This document shows, one piece after another, positions 1-10,130 of a stretch of DNA of 64,000 nt. The position numbers were made by a program, and so were the translations under genes. This stretch comes from an uncultured delta proteobacterium (GTDB lineage Bacteria; Myxococcota_A; Polyangia; Polyangiales; Polyangiaceae): assembly GCA_963782055.1 (NCBI GenBank), contig CAWAIF010000003.1, positions 6,304,001 through 6,368,000 of the forward strand, given 5' to 3'. Under the pieces are notes generated by a model. The model saw nothing but the letters and a program-made list of their open reading frames with translations. It was not told where the DNA came from and did not search any database. Within the stretch, counting starts at the first letter, position 1. Each line of letters begins with the position of its first letter.

Positions 1-1024
1 TGCGGGTCTGGACGAGGGCGGTCCACATCGCGCGGTCGTCGGTCATCGCGAGGGCCGTCCACAGCGCGCCCGCGCACGCCGCGAGCGCGCGCAGCGGCAC
101 GTCGAACACGCCGCGGCCGAGCAGCACCAGCGCCAGCGAGCAGGTGACCGCGGCGAGCTGGCCGGTCTGCGCGATCGCCGCGAGCGCCAGCAGCACCGAG
201 GCCACCGCGAAGAACGCCGCCAGCGACGACAGGCCGTAGGGCTCCGGCGGCGCGGGGTAGCCGAGGGCGGTGTGCAGCACGGTCTGCCACGTGGCCGCCT
301 GCGCGTGCCGGCCCTGCCCGGCGCCCCAGACCAGCACGAAGGCGATCGCCAGCGCGACGGTGGAGGAGAGCTGGCTCGTCCAGCGGCCACGGGTGCCCAG
401 CCAGGCGACCGCCGCCATCTGGCCGAGGCCCTCGAGCACCACGCCCGCGGTCGCGAAGCCGCGCGCCACGCTGTACGCGCGGAGGCTGTCGCCGGCGAAG
501 TAGGCGATCTGCCAGCCGACGAGGCGCACCAGCCCCGCGAGCGCCAGCGACGCGAGCACCAGGGAAAGCGCCCGGGTGTGTGGCGCGCGCACCCCCGCCG
601 CCGCGCCCGCGCCGGCCACGACGCACGTGCCGACGACCATCAGGATCGTCCCGATGGGGCTGAGCGGCCGTACGAACGCCGGCACCACCATGAAGGTGAC
701 GAGCGTGGCGCCCGCGATGAGCGGGCCGCGCACGAACCCGGAGATCCGCGAGGGCCGCGTCAGGTCCACGGCGCCGGTGACGATCAGCCCGACGAGCAGC
801 AAGCCCATCGTGTACGAGCCGATGCTGGACACGCGCTCCCAGCGGGTGATCACCGCGTCGGAGGCGTTGCCGCGCAGGCCGGGGAGGATGATGCCGCCGA
901 GCAGCGCGGCGAGCACCGCGACGAGCGCCGCGGCGCGGAGAAGCCACGCGCTGCGCAGGGCCGGCGCCGCCATCCGGGCGTACGACTCGGGCGAGCGCGA
1001 GCTCGGGACCGAACCATCCTGCAT
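1..1024 (-). CDS. Multi-pass membrane protein of unknown function, running off the left edge of the window
   Basis: Not in the ORF track. The reverse strand from ATG at 1024 reads MQDGSVPSSRSPESYARMAAPALRSAWLLRAAALVAVLAALLGGIILPGLRG..., with hydrophobic segments and high-GC third codon positions. Confidence 0.7.
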   Translation of the reverse strand, partial: MQDGSVPSSRSPESYARMAAPALRSAWLLRAAALVAVLAALLGGIILPGLRGNASDAVITRWERVSSIGSYTMGLLLVGLIVTGAVDLTRPSRISGFVRGPLIAGATLVTFMVVPAFVRPLSPIGTILMVVGTCVVAGAGAAAGVRAPHTRALSLVLASLALAGLVRLVGWQIAYFAGDSLRAYSVARGFATAGVVLEGLGQMAAVAWLGTRGRWTSQLSSTVALAIAFVLVWGAGQGRHAQAATWQTVLHTALGYPAPPEPYGLSSLAAFFAVASVLLALAAIAQTGQLAAVTCSLALVLLGRGVFDVPLRALAACAGALWTALAMTDDRAMWTALVQTR

Positions 1025-1142
1025 CAGAGACTCACCGTCGGCTGCACGCTTCCTTGCGCTCCCGCGAACGCCGCCGCGGCGCGCGGGGCGCGGAGGAGCC
1101 TACCCGCTTTGACCGGGCGCCTCCAACGCGGTTTTTGGTTGC

Positions 1143-2885
1143 TCACCCGTCGTGCGCCGGCCGCACGAGGAGAAGGCCCTCGCGGGTGTCGTTCATCCCG
1201 GGCGGCGGGGCGCCGCGCTCACGCGGGTTGCCCGCGGGCGTCGGCGTGACGGGCGACGGGTTCTGGCCCGGCAGCGGGCCGGGCGCCACCTTCAGGATGA
1301 AGGGCCGCGCGTTCATCGTGGAGCATGCGTAGATCTCGTCGCGGTGGAACTCCCAGTGGAGGTACACGCGCCCGTCGGGGGAGATGATCGCGGAGGGCGC
1401 CGGACCGAAGGGCGAGGCGCGCTCCACCGAGTCGAGCGCGGCGATGTCGAACGCCGTCACCCCGCTGGTCTTGACCACGCCCATGCGCACCAGGTGGCCG
1501 TCCCTGGAGAGCACGATCTCCAGCCGGGTGATGAGGTGCTGATCGTTGAGCGGGTTGCCCGGCGGCAGGCTGTCCAGCGAGAGCAGGAAGCTGTCGGCGA
1601 AGATGGGGTGGATGCGGTTGTGCATCGAGTTCAGGTACGTGGCGAAGGGCACCGCGGCGGTGTTGAGCGCCGTCTGGTTGCCGGGCTTCACGCTCGTCAC
1701 GTAGTTCTCGATGGCGCTGCGCCAGCGCTGGAAGTTGGAGGCCTGCCAGGACCCGCGGTGCTCGCTCTTGCGGCGCGCCCCGTCCGCCTCGCGCTCGCGA
1801 CGAAGCTCGTCCTTACCGACGACGGCGACCACGCCGTGGTTGTTCAGGTTCAGGTTCACCTGACCCGGCTGCGCGCGGCCACCGAGGCCGTAGGTGCGGC
1901 GGCCCGCGACGGGCGGCGGGAGCTTGCGGCTCGCCGAGCCCGGCCCGGTGCGCTGGCGATCCCCCTCGCCGGGGGTGCGCGCGATGTTGAACGTCCAGCT
2001 GCCGTTGTCGGCCGACTGCAGGTCGGGCGAGGGAGGTGCGGTGTTGCCCGGCGCGAGGTCCGGCGGGGGCTGCACCTGCTGCTCGCTGCCGCGCGGCTTG
2101 CCGTCCCCGCCGGAGCGGGGCGTCGCCTGGGAGGGGGGCGCGATCATGGCGACGGGACCCATCGGCCTGTCGGGGGGCGGGTCGTGCTGGATGTCGAACT
2201 CGGTGCCGCGCTCGCCGGGCGCGCGCCTGTCGTCGCCCTTGTGCGCGTCGGCCTCGGCGATCTTCGTCTGGTTGCTGTCGCCGGGGTTCTGGTCGGGGTT
2301 GGAGTGGACGCCGCTCGGGGTGGGGTTCTCGTCGTCGCGGTCGTGCGAGGTGAGGGTGGCGACCGTCTCCTTGTCGACGTGGTTGGCCTGGTCGGCGATG
2401 AAGTGCGCCTTCGAGTTGTCCGCCTGGTCCGGCTTGACGTGCTGGCGCACCGCGATGCGCTTGTCGGAGTGGAGCGGCGGCGGCGGCGCGACCTTCGCCG
2501 AGGGCTCGGGCTTCACCAGCGCGACCACCTTCTTCTCCGCCTGGGGCTTGGGGACGACCTTCTTCGGCTGGACGGGCTTGGCGGAGGCGACGGGCGGCGG
2601 CGGGTTGACCTTCGGCTTCTCGGTGGGGGCGGGGGGCGGCTCCGTCGGCACGGGCGGCGCGTCGGAGTGCGAGTCGTCCAGGGAGATCTCGACGGGCTTC
2701 TGGTGGGCGTCCACCTTGCCGCCGACGAGCTCGGCGAATGTCTCGAGGGCCTTGTGGTCCTCGTGCACCACCCCCACCTCGTAGCCGCCGACGGCGAGCC
2801 CAAAATGCAGCCACGCAGCGACGCTGCCCCAGAGGAACACCATCAAGGCGTAGGGGACGGTGCTTGTCTTCCCGTCGCGGTCCAT
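1143..2885 (-). CDS. TonB C-terminal domain protein with N-terminal TM helix and long Pro-rich periplasmic linker
   Basis: Start MDRDGKTSTVPYALMVFLWGSVAAWLHFG (TM helix), Pro/Lys-rich linker, and C-terminal TRLEIVLSRDGHLVRMGVVKTSGVTAFDIAALDSVERASPFGPAP typical of TonB_C. Confidence 0.75.
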   Translation of the reverse strand: MDRDGKTSTVPYALMVFLWGSVAAWLHFGLAVGGYEVGVVHEDHKALETFAELVGGKVDAHQKPVEISLDDSHSDAPPVPTEPPPAPTEKPKVNPPPPVASAKPVQPKKVVPKPQAEKKVVALVKPEPSAKVAPPPPLHSDKRIAVRQHVKPDQADNSKAHFIADQANHVDKETVATLTSHDRDDENPTPSGVHSNPDQNPGDSNQTKIAEADAHKGDDRRAPGERGTEFDIQHDPPPDRPMGPVAMIAPPSQATPRSGGDGKPRGSEQQVQPPPDLAPGNTAPPSPDLQSADNGSWTFNIARTPGEGDRQRTGPGSASRKLPPPVAGRRTYGLGGRAQPGQVNLNLNNHGVVAVVGKDELRREREADGARRKSEHRGSWQASNFQRWRSAIENYVTSVKPGNQTALNTAAVPFATYLNSMHNRIHPIFADSFLLSLDSLPPGNPLNDQHLITRLEIVLSRDGHLVRMGVVKTSGVTAFDIAALDSVERASPFGPAPSAIISPDGRVYLHWEFHRDEIYACSTMNARPFILKVAPGPLPGQNPSPVTPTPAGNPRERGAPPPGMNDTREGLLLVRPAHDG

Positions 2886-3027
2886 GGACAACAGCCTCTC
2901 CCTTCCGAGAGCTGCGAGTACGCTAGCATTCCCCTGCCCCGGGGTCGATCGGCCCCCCCGGAGCGAGAGAACGTTGGCAAGCCAACGATGAAGCATCGCC
3001 CGTGCCGTGGACGCGGGCGGCCTCTGC

Positions 3028-4893
3028 CTACGGACCGCGCGATACCCGCAGGTTCTTCGCACGTGCCGGGCCACCTCGCAGCCCGACCGCGACGCGCACG
3101 CCCTGCGCCGGTCCGGCGGGGCACGCGCCCGCCGTGTCACCCCAGCGGTACGTCACGGTCGCGCCGCGGCGCTCCACGTGGAGCTTGGCGGGCAGCGCGA
3201 CCGCAGGAGTGGGGCAGGTCACGCCGCCGACCTCCACCTCGCGGCCATCGTCGCTGCGCAGCACGACGTGCGGCGCGCCGTCGGCCGGGGCGTCCACGTC
3301 GACGGTCACGTCCAGAAAGCGCGCGTCGGAGACGAAGACGCTCGCCCCGACGGGCAACGCGAGCCCGCTCGCCGAGTCGAAGACCATGCCGGCGAGCGAA
3401 GGCGCGCGGTCGGGCGAGAGCAGATCGGTCCCCGCCTGCGCGAGCAGCGTGGTCGTGTCCGTCGCGAAGGCGTTGCGGATGGAGAAGCGCCGGCCGGTCA
3501 CGCTCGCGTCGGAGTCGAGCCAGAGCAACAGACCAGGGTCCGGCGACGCGGTCGGCGCGCCGGCGGGCGGCCCCGCCGGGTCGAGTTGCGAGTCGGCCAG
3601 CACGTCGAAGCGCTCCTGCCACGGGTCCCAGCGCAGCCAACGGCCAGGCGTGCTCGCGTCCGGCTTCCCCGTCCAGAGCACCGGCCGGCCCTCCGCGCCC
3701 GGGAACAGGCGCGGGTCGGTGAGCGCGCCCTCCACCGCGTGCCCCGGCGCGACGGCGCGGTCGGCGGAGACGATCCACACGCTCTGGAAGTCGGCGGGAT
3801 CCGACGCGACGGGCGCGGCGACGTAGAGGGCGCCCCCGCCATCCAGCGCCACCGCCGCGTATCTGGGCCGCGCCGGGACCACCGCGCCGGAGGCGAGCGG
3901 CGTACGACCGTCGGCGGAGAAGAACTCCAGCGTCCCCACCGGCTGCGTCGCGGTGGCGTCCTGGAAGCCGCCCGCCACCATCACGGTGCCGTCCGCCAGC
4001 CGCACGACGACCGGACGCATGCGAGGCACGGCGAGCAGCGGCATGCCGGAGGCCGTGGCGCGCCGGTCCTGCGGGTCGACGCGCTCCAGCGAGGCGAGCA
4101 CCGAGCCGTCCGGACCCACGCCTCCCACCAGCAGCGTGTCGCCCGTCACGAGCTGCACCGCGCCGTGATCGTGACGCGCGACGCTCAGCGCGATGGGCTT
4201 GCCGTCGAAGTCGCCGACATTCGCGTCCCACACCTCCGCGTTGTCGAGAGCCGCGGCGGCGTCCTCCGCGCGCACGCCGCCCGCCACGAGCCCGCCGTCG
4301 CCGAAGGGCGTCACCGTCGCGCGCGCGCGGGGGGTGAGCAGCCCGCTCGGGAGCGCGGAGACGGTGCCGAGGTCCAGGTCGACGAGGTAGCTCGCCGGGG
4401 TCGCCTGCGCCGACGCGGTGCCTCCGGCGACGAGCACGCGCCGCGCCGAGATGGCGCCGACGTTGGGCGCCTGCGACGGCACGCAGCGGGTCGCGGTCTG
4501 CACACAAGCCGCGGCCGAGAGCGAGCACGCCTGGCCCGCAGGCCAGAGCAGCACGTCCACGTCTCCCTCGACCGGGACGCCGGTCACGCCGAGCCACGAC
4601 GCGCTGGTCCTGTCCACCACGTCCAGCGCGAGCGACCGCGTCTGGGCCGGGATGCCGTCCAGCGTGGCGCCCGGCTGCAGGAAGAGCTGCGCCTGCGCGG
4701 GCGTCGAGGGCGAGGGCTCGAAGTCGCCTGTGGCGTGGTAGACGCCGAAGGGCTGGTCCGGCGCAGGGCAGCGGGAGGACACGTGCACCGTCACCACGCG
4801 CGTCACGTCGCGGGTGCCCCCGCACGAGGCGCCGAGCGCCGCCGCGAGGGAGATCGCCCCGAGCCTCCACCCCCGCGCACCCGTCCTGCTCAC
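3028..4893 (-). CDS. Lipoprotein with kelch/galactose-oxidase-like repeats
   Basis: Lipobox-like LAAALGASCGG after a GTG start; repeated PRARATVTPFGDGGLVAGG / ARHDHGAVQLVTGDTLLVGG / PRMRPVVVRLADGTVMVAGG units. Start is approximate. Confidence 0.7.
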   Translation of the reverse strand: MSRTGARGWRLGAISLAAALGASCGGTRDVTRVVTVHVSSRCPAPDQPFGVYHATGDFEPSPSTPAQAQLFLQPGATLDGIPAQTRSLALDVVDRTSASWLGVTGVPVEGDVDVLLWPAGQACSLSAAACVQTATRCVPSQAPNVGAISARRVLVAGGTASAQATPASYLVDLDLGTVSALPSGLLTPRARATVTPFGDGGLVAGGVRAEDAAAALDNAEVWDANVGDFDGKPIALSVARHDHGAVQLVTGDTLLVGGVGPDGSVLASLERVDPQDRRATASGMPLLAVPRMRPVVVRLADGTVMVAGGFQDATATQPVGTLEFFSADGRTPLASGAVVPARPRYAAVALDGGGALYVAAPVASDPADFQSVWIVSADRAVAPGHAVEGALTDPRLFPGAEGRPVLWTGKPDASTPGRWLRWDPWQERFDVLADSQLDPAGPPAGAPTASPDPGLLLWLDSDASVTGRRFSIRNAFATDTTTLLAQAGTDLLSPDRAPSLAGMVFDSASGLALPVGASVFVSDARFLDVTVDVDAPADGAPHVVLRSDDGREVEVGGVTCPTPAVALPAKLHVERRGATVTYRWGDTAGACPAGPAQGVRVAVGLRGGPARAKNLRVSRGP

Positions 4894-4924
4894 GATCACG
4901 CGCGCAGTGTACAATGCAAGGAGC

Positions 4925-6538
4925 GTGTACCCGCAGGTCTTCGGAAAGTACGTCCTCGAACGTGAGCTGTCCCGCGGGGGGATGGCGCGTGTGCTCCTGG
5001 CCACCCTGCGCGGCGCGGGCGGCTTCGAGAAGAAGCTGGTCGTCAAGCAGATCCGCGACGAGCTGGCGGTGGACGAGGAGTTCGTGCGGCGCTTCGTGGA
5101 GGAGGCCAAGACCACCGTCGCCCTGAGCCACCCCAACATCGTGCCCGTCTACGAGCTGGGCGTGGAGCTCGGCACCTACTACCTGGCGATGGAGCTGGTG
5201 GTGGGCGTGAGCGTCGCCGAGCTGCTGGCGGACGGCGCGCTCTCGCCGGAGGAGGGCGCGTACATCGGCGTGGAGGTGTGCCGCGCGCTGGACTACGCGC
5301 ACCGGCGGATGCAGGTCGTGCACCGCGACATCACCCCCCGCAACGTGATGGTCGACGAGGAGGGGCAGGTCAAGCTGATCGACTTCGGGATAGCCCTGCT
5401 CGCCAAGGTGAACGAGGGGCAGCAGGTCTTCGGCTCCCCGGGGCACATGCCGCCGGAGCAGACGGCGGGCGATCGCGTGGGGCCGCCGGCGGACCTGTTC
5501 GCGCTGGGCGTGCTGCTCATGGAGGCGTGGAGTCGCAAGGCGCCCTTCCGGCGCAAGACCGCCGAGGAGATCGACGCCGCGCTCCACGCGCCACACCCCA
5601 GGCCGAGCGACGCCGACCCGCGGCTGCTCCCCCTGGACGACATCATGGCGCGCACGCTCTCCCTCGACCCGGCGGAGCGCCCGCAGACGGCCGACGAGCT
5701 GGGGCGCGCGCTGCGCAAGTTCCTGTCCGGCGTGGACCTGGGAGACGTGGAGCGCGGCCTGGGCGAGCGCGTGCGCGAGCGGCGGATGGTGCAGGAGCGG
5801 CGGCGAGCCGCGCCGGACGAGCCCGCGGCGCGCGGCAAGGAGCCGAGCCACGGCGAGATGGTGACCAAGACGTTCGCCGCGCGCGAGGAGGTGCACCGCT
5901 GGGAGAGCGAGCGGCCCGGCGCCCCGGACGAGGCCACCGGCCCCTCCACGCGCAAGCTGGAGTCGACGCCGCCCGACCGCATCGAGACGGTGGCGACGCG
6001 ACCCATCGAGACGCCGGTCACGCCGAGGACCAGGTCGGCCGACGGCGCGCGCCGCGATCCGCCGCGCTGGGGCCTGTGGCTCGGGCTCGCCGCGGCCGCG
6101 ACCGTGGGCGTGCTCGCGGTGCGCGACGCCGGGCGACCGCCCCCCGCGCCGGCCGCGACCTCCACCACCACGGCGACGACCGCGGCACCTCCGGCGACGA
6201 CGACGCGCGCGCTCCCCCCACCTGCGACCGCCACCACGGCCGCACCCCCACCGTCGACGGCGCCCGCGCCGTCGGAGTCCGCCGGCCCCACCGAGACAGC
6301 CGCCGCGCACCTCGCCCTCTACGGCGACCCGGGCACGCGCGCGGTGGTCGACGGCGTCCCGCGCGGGACCTGCCCCATCTCCGACCTCTCGGTGGAGCCC
6401 GGCTCGCACGACGTCCGCTTCGTCTTCGACGCGACCGGCGAGTCCAACGGCAAGCACGTGACGCTGCGGCCGGGCGATCACGTGCGCGTGCGCGCCGACT
6501 TCACCGGCGCCACCCCCACCGTCACCATCCAGCGCTGA
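4925..6538 (+). CDS. Hanks-type Ser/Thr protein kinase with TM helix and C-terminal PEGA-like domain
   Basis: RGGMARV, VVKQI, HRDITPRN, DFG and GSPGHMPPEQ motifs; TM WGLWLGLAAAATVGVLAV; PEGA-like tail. Confidence 0.9.
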   Translation: MYPQVFGKYVLERELSRGGMARVLLATLRGAGGFEKKLVVKQIRDELAVDEEFVRRFVEEAKTTVALSHPNIVPVYELGVELGTYYLAMELVVGVSVAELLADGALSPEEGAYIGVEVCRALDYAHRRMQVVHRDITPRNVMVDEEGQVKLIDFGIALLAKVNEGQQVFGSPGHMPPEQTAGDRVGPPADLFALGVLLMEAWSRKAPFRRKTAEEIDAALHAPHPRPSDADPRLLPLDDIMARTLSLDPAERPQTADELGRALRKFLSGVDLGDVERGLGERVRERRMVQERRRAAPDEPAARGKEPSHGEMVTKTFAAREEVHRWESERPGAPDEATGPSTRKLESTPPDRIETVATRPIETPVTPRTRSADGARRDPPRWGLWLGLAAAATVGVLAVRDAGRPPPAPAATSTTTATTAAPPATTTRALPPPATATTAAPPPSTAPAPSESAGPTETAAAHLALYGDPGTRAVVDGVPRGTCPISDLSVEPGSHDVRFVFDATGESNGKHVTLRPGDHVRVRADFTGATPTVTIQR

Positions 6539-6617
6539 AGAGCCGCCCAGAGCGCTGTCCACCCGCAGGCCCGGGGCCCTCGGCTTCGGCCCGCGGAGGT
6601 GCTAACACGGCGCCGCC

Positions 6618-7781
6618 ATGCCCGACTTCTTCGATCTCGCCCGGCACCTCACCCCCGAAGAGCAGACCGTGCAGCGCACCGTGCGCGCCTTCGTCGACGC
6701 CAAGGTGCTGCCCGTGGTGGGCGACTGCTTCGAGAAGGGCACCTTCCCCACCGAGCTCATCCCGGAGATCGCGGCGATGGGTCTGCTTGGTTGTAATCTA
6801 CACGGATACGGCTGCGCCGGCCTCTCCGAGGTGGGCTACGGCCTGGCGATGCAGGAGCTGGAGCGCGGGGACTCGGGCATCCGCTCCTTCGCCAGCGTGC
6901 AGGGCAGCCTGGTCATGTACCCCATCTGGTCCTTCGGCTCGGAGAAGCAGAAGGAGGCCTACCTGCCGAAGATGGCGCGCGGCGAGATCATCGGCTGCTT
7001 CGGCCTGACCGAGCCCGACCACGGGTCCAACCCCGCCGGCATGCGCACCGTGGCGATCGACGACGGCGACGCCTACGTCATCACCGGCACCAAGCGCTGG
7101 ATCACCAACGGCAACATGGCGCAGGTCGCGCTGGTGTGGGCGAAGCTGGGCGGCCACGACGGGCCCATCCACGGCTTCCTCGTCCCCACCGACAGCAAGG
7201 GCTTCGAGGCGCGGCTGATCCACAAGAAGATGAGCCTGCGCGCCAGCGTCACGAGCGAGCTCATCCTGGAGGAGGTGCGCGTGCCGAAGGACACCATCCT
7301 CCCCGGGGTGAAGGGGATGAAGGGCCCGCTCTCCTGCCTGACGGCCGCGCGCTTCGGCATCGCCTGGGGCGTCATCGGGGCGGCGACCGCGTGCTTCGAC
7401 TGCGCGGTGGACTACGCGAAGCACCGCGTGCAGTTCGGGGGCAAGCCCATCGCCGCCCACCAGCTCGTGCAGGCGAAGCTCGCCGAGATCCTGACGCAGA
7501 TCAGCGGCGCGCAGCTCATGGCGCTGGAGGTCGCGCGACTGAAGGAGGACAAGAAGCTCCGACCGCAGCACGTCTCGATGATCAAGCGCAACAACGCACG
7601 CATGGCGCTGGAGACGGCGCGCACGTGCCGCGACATCCTGGGGGGCAACGGGATCACCCTCGAGTACCCGGTGATGCGCCACCTGTGCAATCTGGAGACG
7701 GTCTTCACCTACGAGGGCACGCACGACATCCACACCCTCATCCTGGGCCAGGACATCACCGGCATCCCCGCCTTCGAGTGA
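6618..7781 (+). CDS. gcdH: Acyl-CoA dehydrogenase, glutaryl-CoA dehydrogenase-like
   Basis: GCFGLTEPDHGSNP, ELERGDSGIRSFASVQGSLVM and NLETVFTYEGTHDIH motifs. Confidence 0.8.
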   Translation: MPDFFDLARHLTPEEQTVQRTVRAFVDAKVLPVVGDCFEKGTFPTELIPEIAAMGLLGCNLHGYGCAGLSEVGYGLAMQELERGDSGIRSFASVQGSLVMYPIWSFGSEKQKEAYLPKMARGEIIGCFGLTEPDHGSNPAGMRTVAIDDGDAYVITGTKRWITNGNMAQVALVWAKLGGHDGPIHGFLVPTDSKGFEARLIHKKMSLRASVTSELILEEVRVPKDTILPGVKGMKGPLSCLTAARFGIAWGVIGAATACFDCAVDYAKHRVQFGGKPIAAHQLVQAKLAEILTQISGAQLMALEVARLKEDKKLRPQHVSMIKRNNARMALETARTCRDILGGNGITLEYPVMRHLCNLETVFTYEGTHDIHTLILGQDITGIPAFE

Positions 7782-7868
7782 GCGGTCCGTCTCGGGGGCG
7801 GCACGCGTTGCCTTTTTCCCCCCACGCGGGCGCGACTTCGTCGCGGGATCTCGACGGCTGGAGCCCTC

Positions 7869-8408
7869 CTATTCGCCCAGGAACGGCCGCGAGAGAGCGC
7901 CCGTCTGGCGGAGCGCCTCGTAGACGGCGATGCTCGCGGCGTTCGCCAGGTTGAGGGAGCGCACGGCGCCGATCGTCGGGATGCCCACGACCCGATCGGC
8001 GTGGGCGTCCAGCAGCGCGGCGGGCAGGCCGACGCTCTCCTTGCCGAAGACGAGCGCGTCGCCCGCGTGGAACCCGGCGTCGAGGTAGCTCCGGGCGGCG
8101 TGGGCGGAGAAGAGGTGGAGGGTGCCGGTGGGGCTCTCCTTGCGGAAGTCGTGCAGGAAGTGGGCGAAGTCCAGGTGCACGCGCAGGTCCACCAGGTGCC
8201 AGTAGTCCAGACCTGCCCGGCGCACCGCGCGCTCGTCGATGCGGAAACCGAGGCGCCCGACGAGGTGCAGCCGCGACCCGGTGGCCGCGCAGAGGCGCCC
8301 CACGTTGCCCGTGTTGGGCGGGATCTCCGGTTCCACGAGCACCACGTGGAGCGGGGAGGCGGGCGCCGGAGGGCGCGCCCGCAGGCGGGCGGAGGAGGAG
8401 GTTTCCAC
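7869..8408 (-). CDS. trmL: tRNA (cytidine/uridine-34 2'-O)-methyltransferase, SPOUT family
   Basis: VVLVEPEIPPNTGNVGRLCAATG, RRAGLDYW, FGKESVGL and RSLNLAN motifs. The real gene is the 3' end of the 753-aa track ORF. Confidence 0.9.
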   Translation of the reverse strand: METSSSARLRARPPAPASPLHVVLVEPEIPPNTGNVGRLCAATGSRLHLVGRLGFRIDERAVRRAGLDYWHLVDLRVHLDFAHFLHDFRKESPTGTLHLFSAHAARSYLDAGFHAGDALVFGKESVGLPAALLDAHADRVVGIPTIGAVRSLNLANAASIAVYEALRQTGALSRPFLGE

Positions 8409-8477
8409 GTCGGCGCTTAGCCTTACCTTGACGGCCTTGCGGCGCCAAACGTAGGCTCCTCTGCCGAGGAGTCCCCT

Positions 8478-9614
8478 TTGCGCACGAGCCGCGCCGCCCG
8501 CTTCGCCCTTTCCACCGCCGCTTCTCTCGTCGCCCTGCTGGCCGGGGCGCATGCGGCGCATGCGGGGGACATGGACCCGGCCACCGAGCGGCTCGTGCTG
8601 CAGCCACCGGGGCTCCCGGCGGGGTCCACCTGCCAGAGCGCTGCGGCCGATCCCAACGGCACCCTCGCCGCGACGGGTCAGGCGCCCAACGCCTTCCCGT
8701 GCCGGCCGGACAACGTCGCCTTCGCCAACCTGGTGAGCGAGCTCGGCTTCGCCGTCGCCCCCAACGCCTTCCACCCGGCGCGCACCACCGGCTTCGGCGG
8801 CTTCGCCCTGACGATGGAGGCGAGCTTCACCAAGATCAACTCCGACGCCTTCAGCAAGGGCGCCGATGGCTCGTCGGTCCAGTACTGGCACGTCGGCACG
8901 CGCGGGCGGAAGGACACCAACACCAACTCGTACACGGGCGTCAACAACTCGCCCGACTCCATCCTGCAGCTTTACTCGCTCAAGGCGCGCAAGGGCCTGC
9001 CCCTCGGCTTCGAGCTCACCGGCGTGCTCGGCTACCTCGCCAACACCACCATGTGGACCGTCGGCGGGGACGTGCGCTGGGCGCCGTTCGAGGGCTTCCG
9101 CACCGGCGTCGGCGGCATCCTGCCGGACATCGGCGTGGGCGGCGGCGTGCGCACCGTCGTCGGCACCGACAAGTTCACGCTGACGACGGTGGGCCTGGAC
9201 TTCCAGCTCTCCAAGCGCATCCCCATCGCCGACAGCTTCCAGCTCACGCCGTACGTCGGCTTCCAGCGCATCTGGGTGTTCGGCGACTCCGGCATCGTCG
9301 ACTCCACCCCCAACGTCGACCCGCTGGCGCAGTGCGGCTACCAGGGCCCCGACGCGACGACGGGCGCGCCCGTCTGCAACAACAAGCTCTCCAACGGGGC
9401 GGACAACAACTCCGACTTCAACAACAACTTCATCTTCCAGAAGGTCCGCACGCAGCGCAACCGCGGCATCGTCGGCATGACCTACCGCTACGAGATGCTC
9501 TACCTCGCCGGCCAGTTCCTCATCGACCTGACCGATCCCACCATCGAGGGGCAGAGCTACCTGCAGAACAGCCGTCAGTGGACGCTCTCCTTCGAGGCGG
9601 GCGCGTACTTCTGA
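8478..9614 (+). CDS. Secreted protein, probable outer-membrane beta-barrel
   Basis: Sec signal ending AHA, amphipathic beta-strand pattern, and terminal ...WTLSFEAGAYF (aromatic C-terminus). Confidence 0.65.
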   Translation: MRTSRAARFALSTAASLVALLAGAHAAHAGDMDPATERLVLQPPGLPAGSTCQSAAADPNGTLAATGQAPNAFPCRPDNVAFANLVSELGFAVAPNAFHPARTTGFGGFALTMEASFTKINSDAFSKGADGSSVQYWHVGTRGRKDTNTNSYTGVNNSPDSILQLYSLKARKGLPLGFELTGVLGYLANTTMWTVGGDVRWAPFEGFRTGVGGILPDIGVGGGVRTVVGTDKFTLTTVGLDFQLSKRIPIADSFQLTPYVGFQRIWVFGDSGIVDSTPNVDPLAQCGYQGPDATTGAPVCNNKLSNGADNNSDFNNNFIFQKVRTQRNRGIVGMTYRYEMLYLAGQFLIDLTDPTIEGQSYLQNSRQWTLSFEAGAYF

Positions 9615-10114
9615 TCGCCGCGGCGCTCGGCGCGTGCACGCCGCGCTCGCGCGAGCCGGTCGGCACCTCGCTGGGGGGCGGCGGCGGCGGCGCGGCCCCG
9701 GCGGCGAGCGCGGCGGCGTCGGCGTCGGCCGCGCCCCTCGCGGGCTTGCCTCGGGACTTCCGCACGGCGTGGACGCGCGTCGGCTCCGTCGCGATGTCCG
9801 GCCACGGCGCGGGCGAGTGGAGCGACGTGGTCTACGCGAGCCGGGAGGCGAAGGACGCGGTGGCGGAGGGGACGACGGTGCCGGACGGCGGCGCGCTGGC
9901 GGCCGACCACGCCTCGCGGGGCGCCGACGGCGGCGCGGTGGCGGGGCCGACCTTCCTGATGACCCGGGGCGCCGGCGGGTGGCGCTTCGCGATCGCCGCA
10001 CCGGGCGGGAAGGCGGAGCTGGACGGCCCTGCCGACGCGGGCGTGCCGCTCCCGACCTGCGCGCGCTGCCACGCCGACGCCCCGCACGACGGCGTCTTCC
10101 CCTTGCCGCAGTGA
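9578..10114 (+). CDS. Lipoprotein c-type cytochrome, cytochrome P460-like
   Basis: LIAAALGAC lipobox; C-terminal CARCH heme motif followed by DGVF; FLMTRGAGGWRF segment resembles the P460 family. GTG start is inferred. Confidence 0.6.
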   Translation: MDALLRGGRVLLIAAALGACTPRSREPVGTSLGGGGGGAAPAASAAASASAAPLAGLPRDFRTAWTRVGSVAMSGHGAGEWSDVVYASREAKDAVAEGTTVPDGGALAADHASRGADGGAVAGPTFLMTRGAGGWRFAIAAPGGKAELDGPADAGVPLPTCARCHADAPHDGVFPLPQ

Positions 10115-10130
10115 ACGCGCGGCGCGGCAA

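Noticed and set aside
7869..10130. Apparent 753-aa trmL fusion
   Set aside because: The N-terminal part is the antisense of 8478..10114; only 7869..8408 carries SPOUT motifs.
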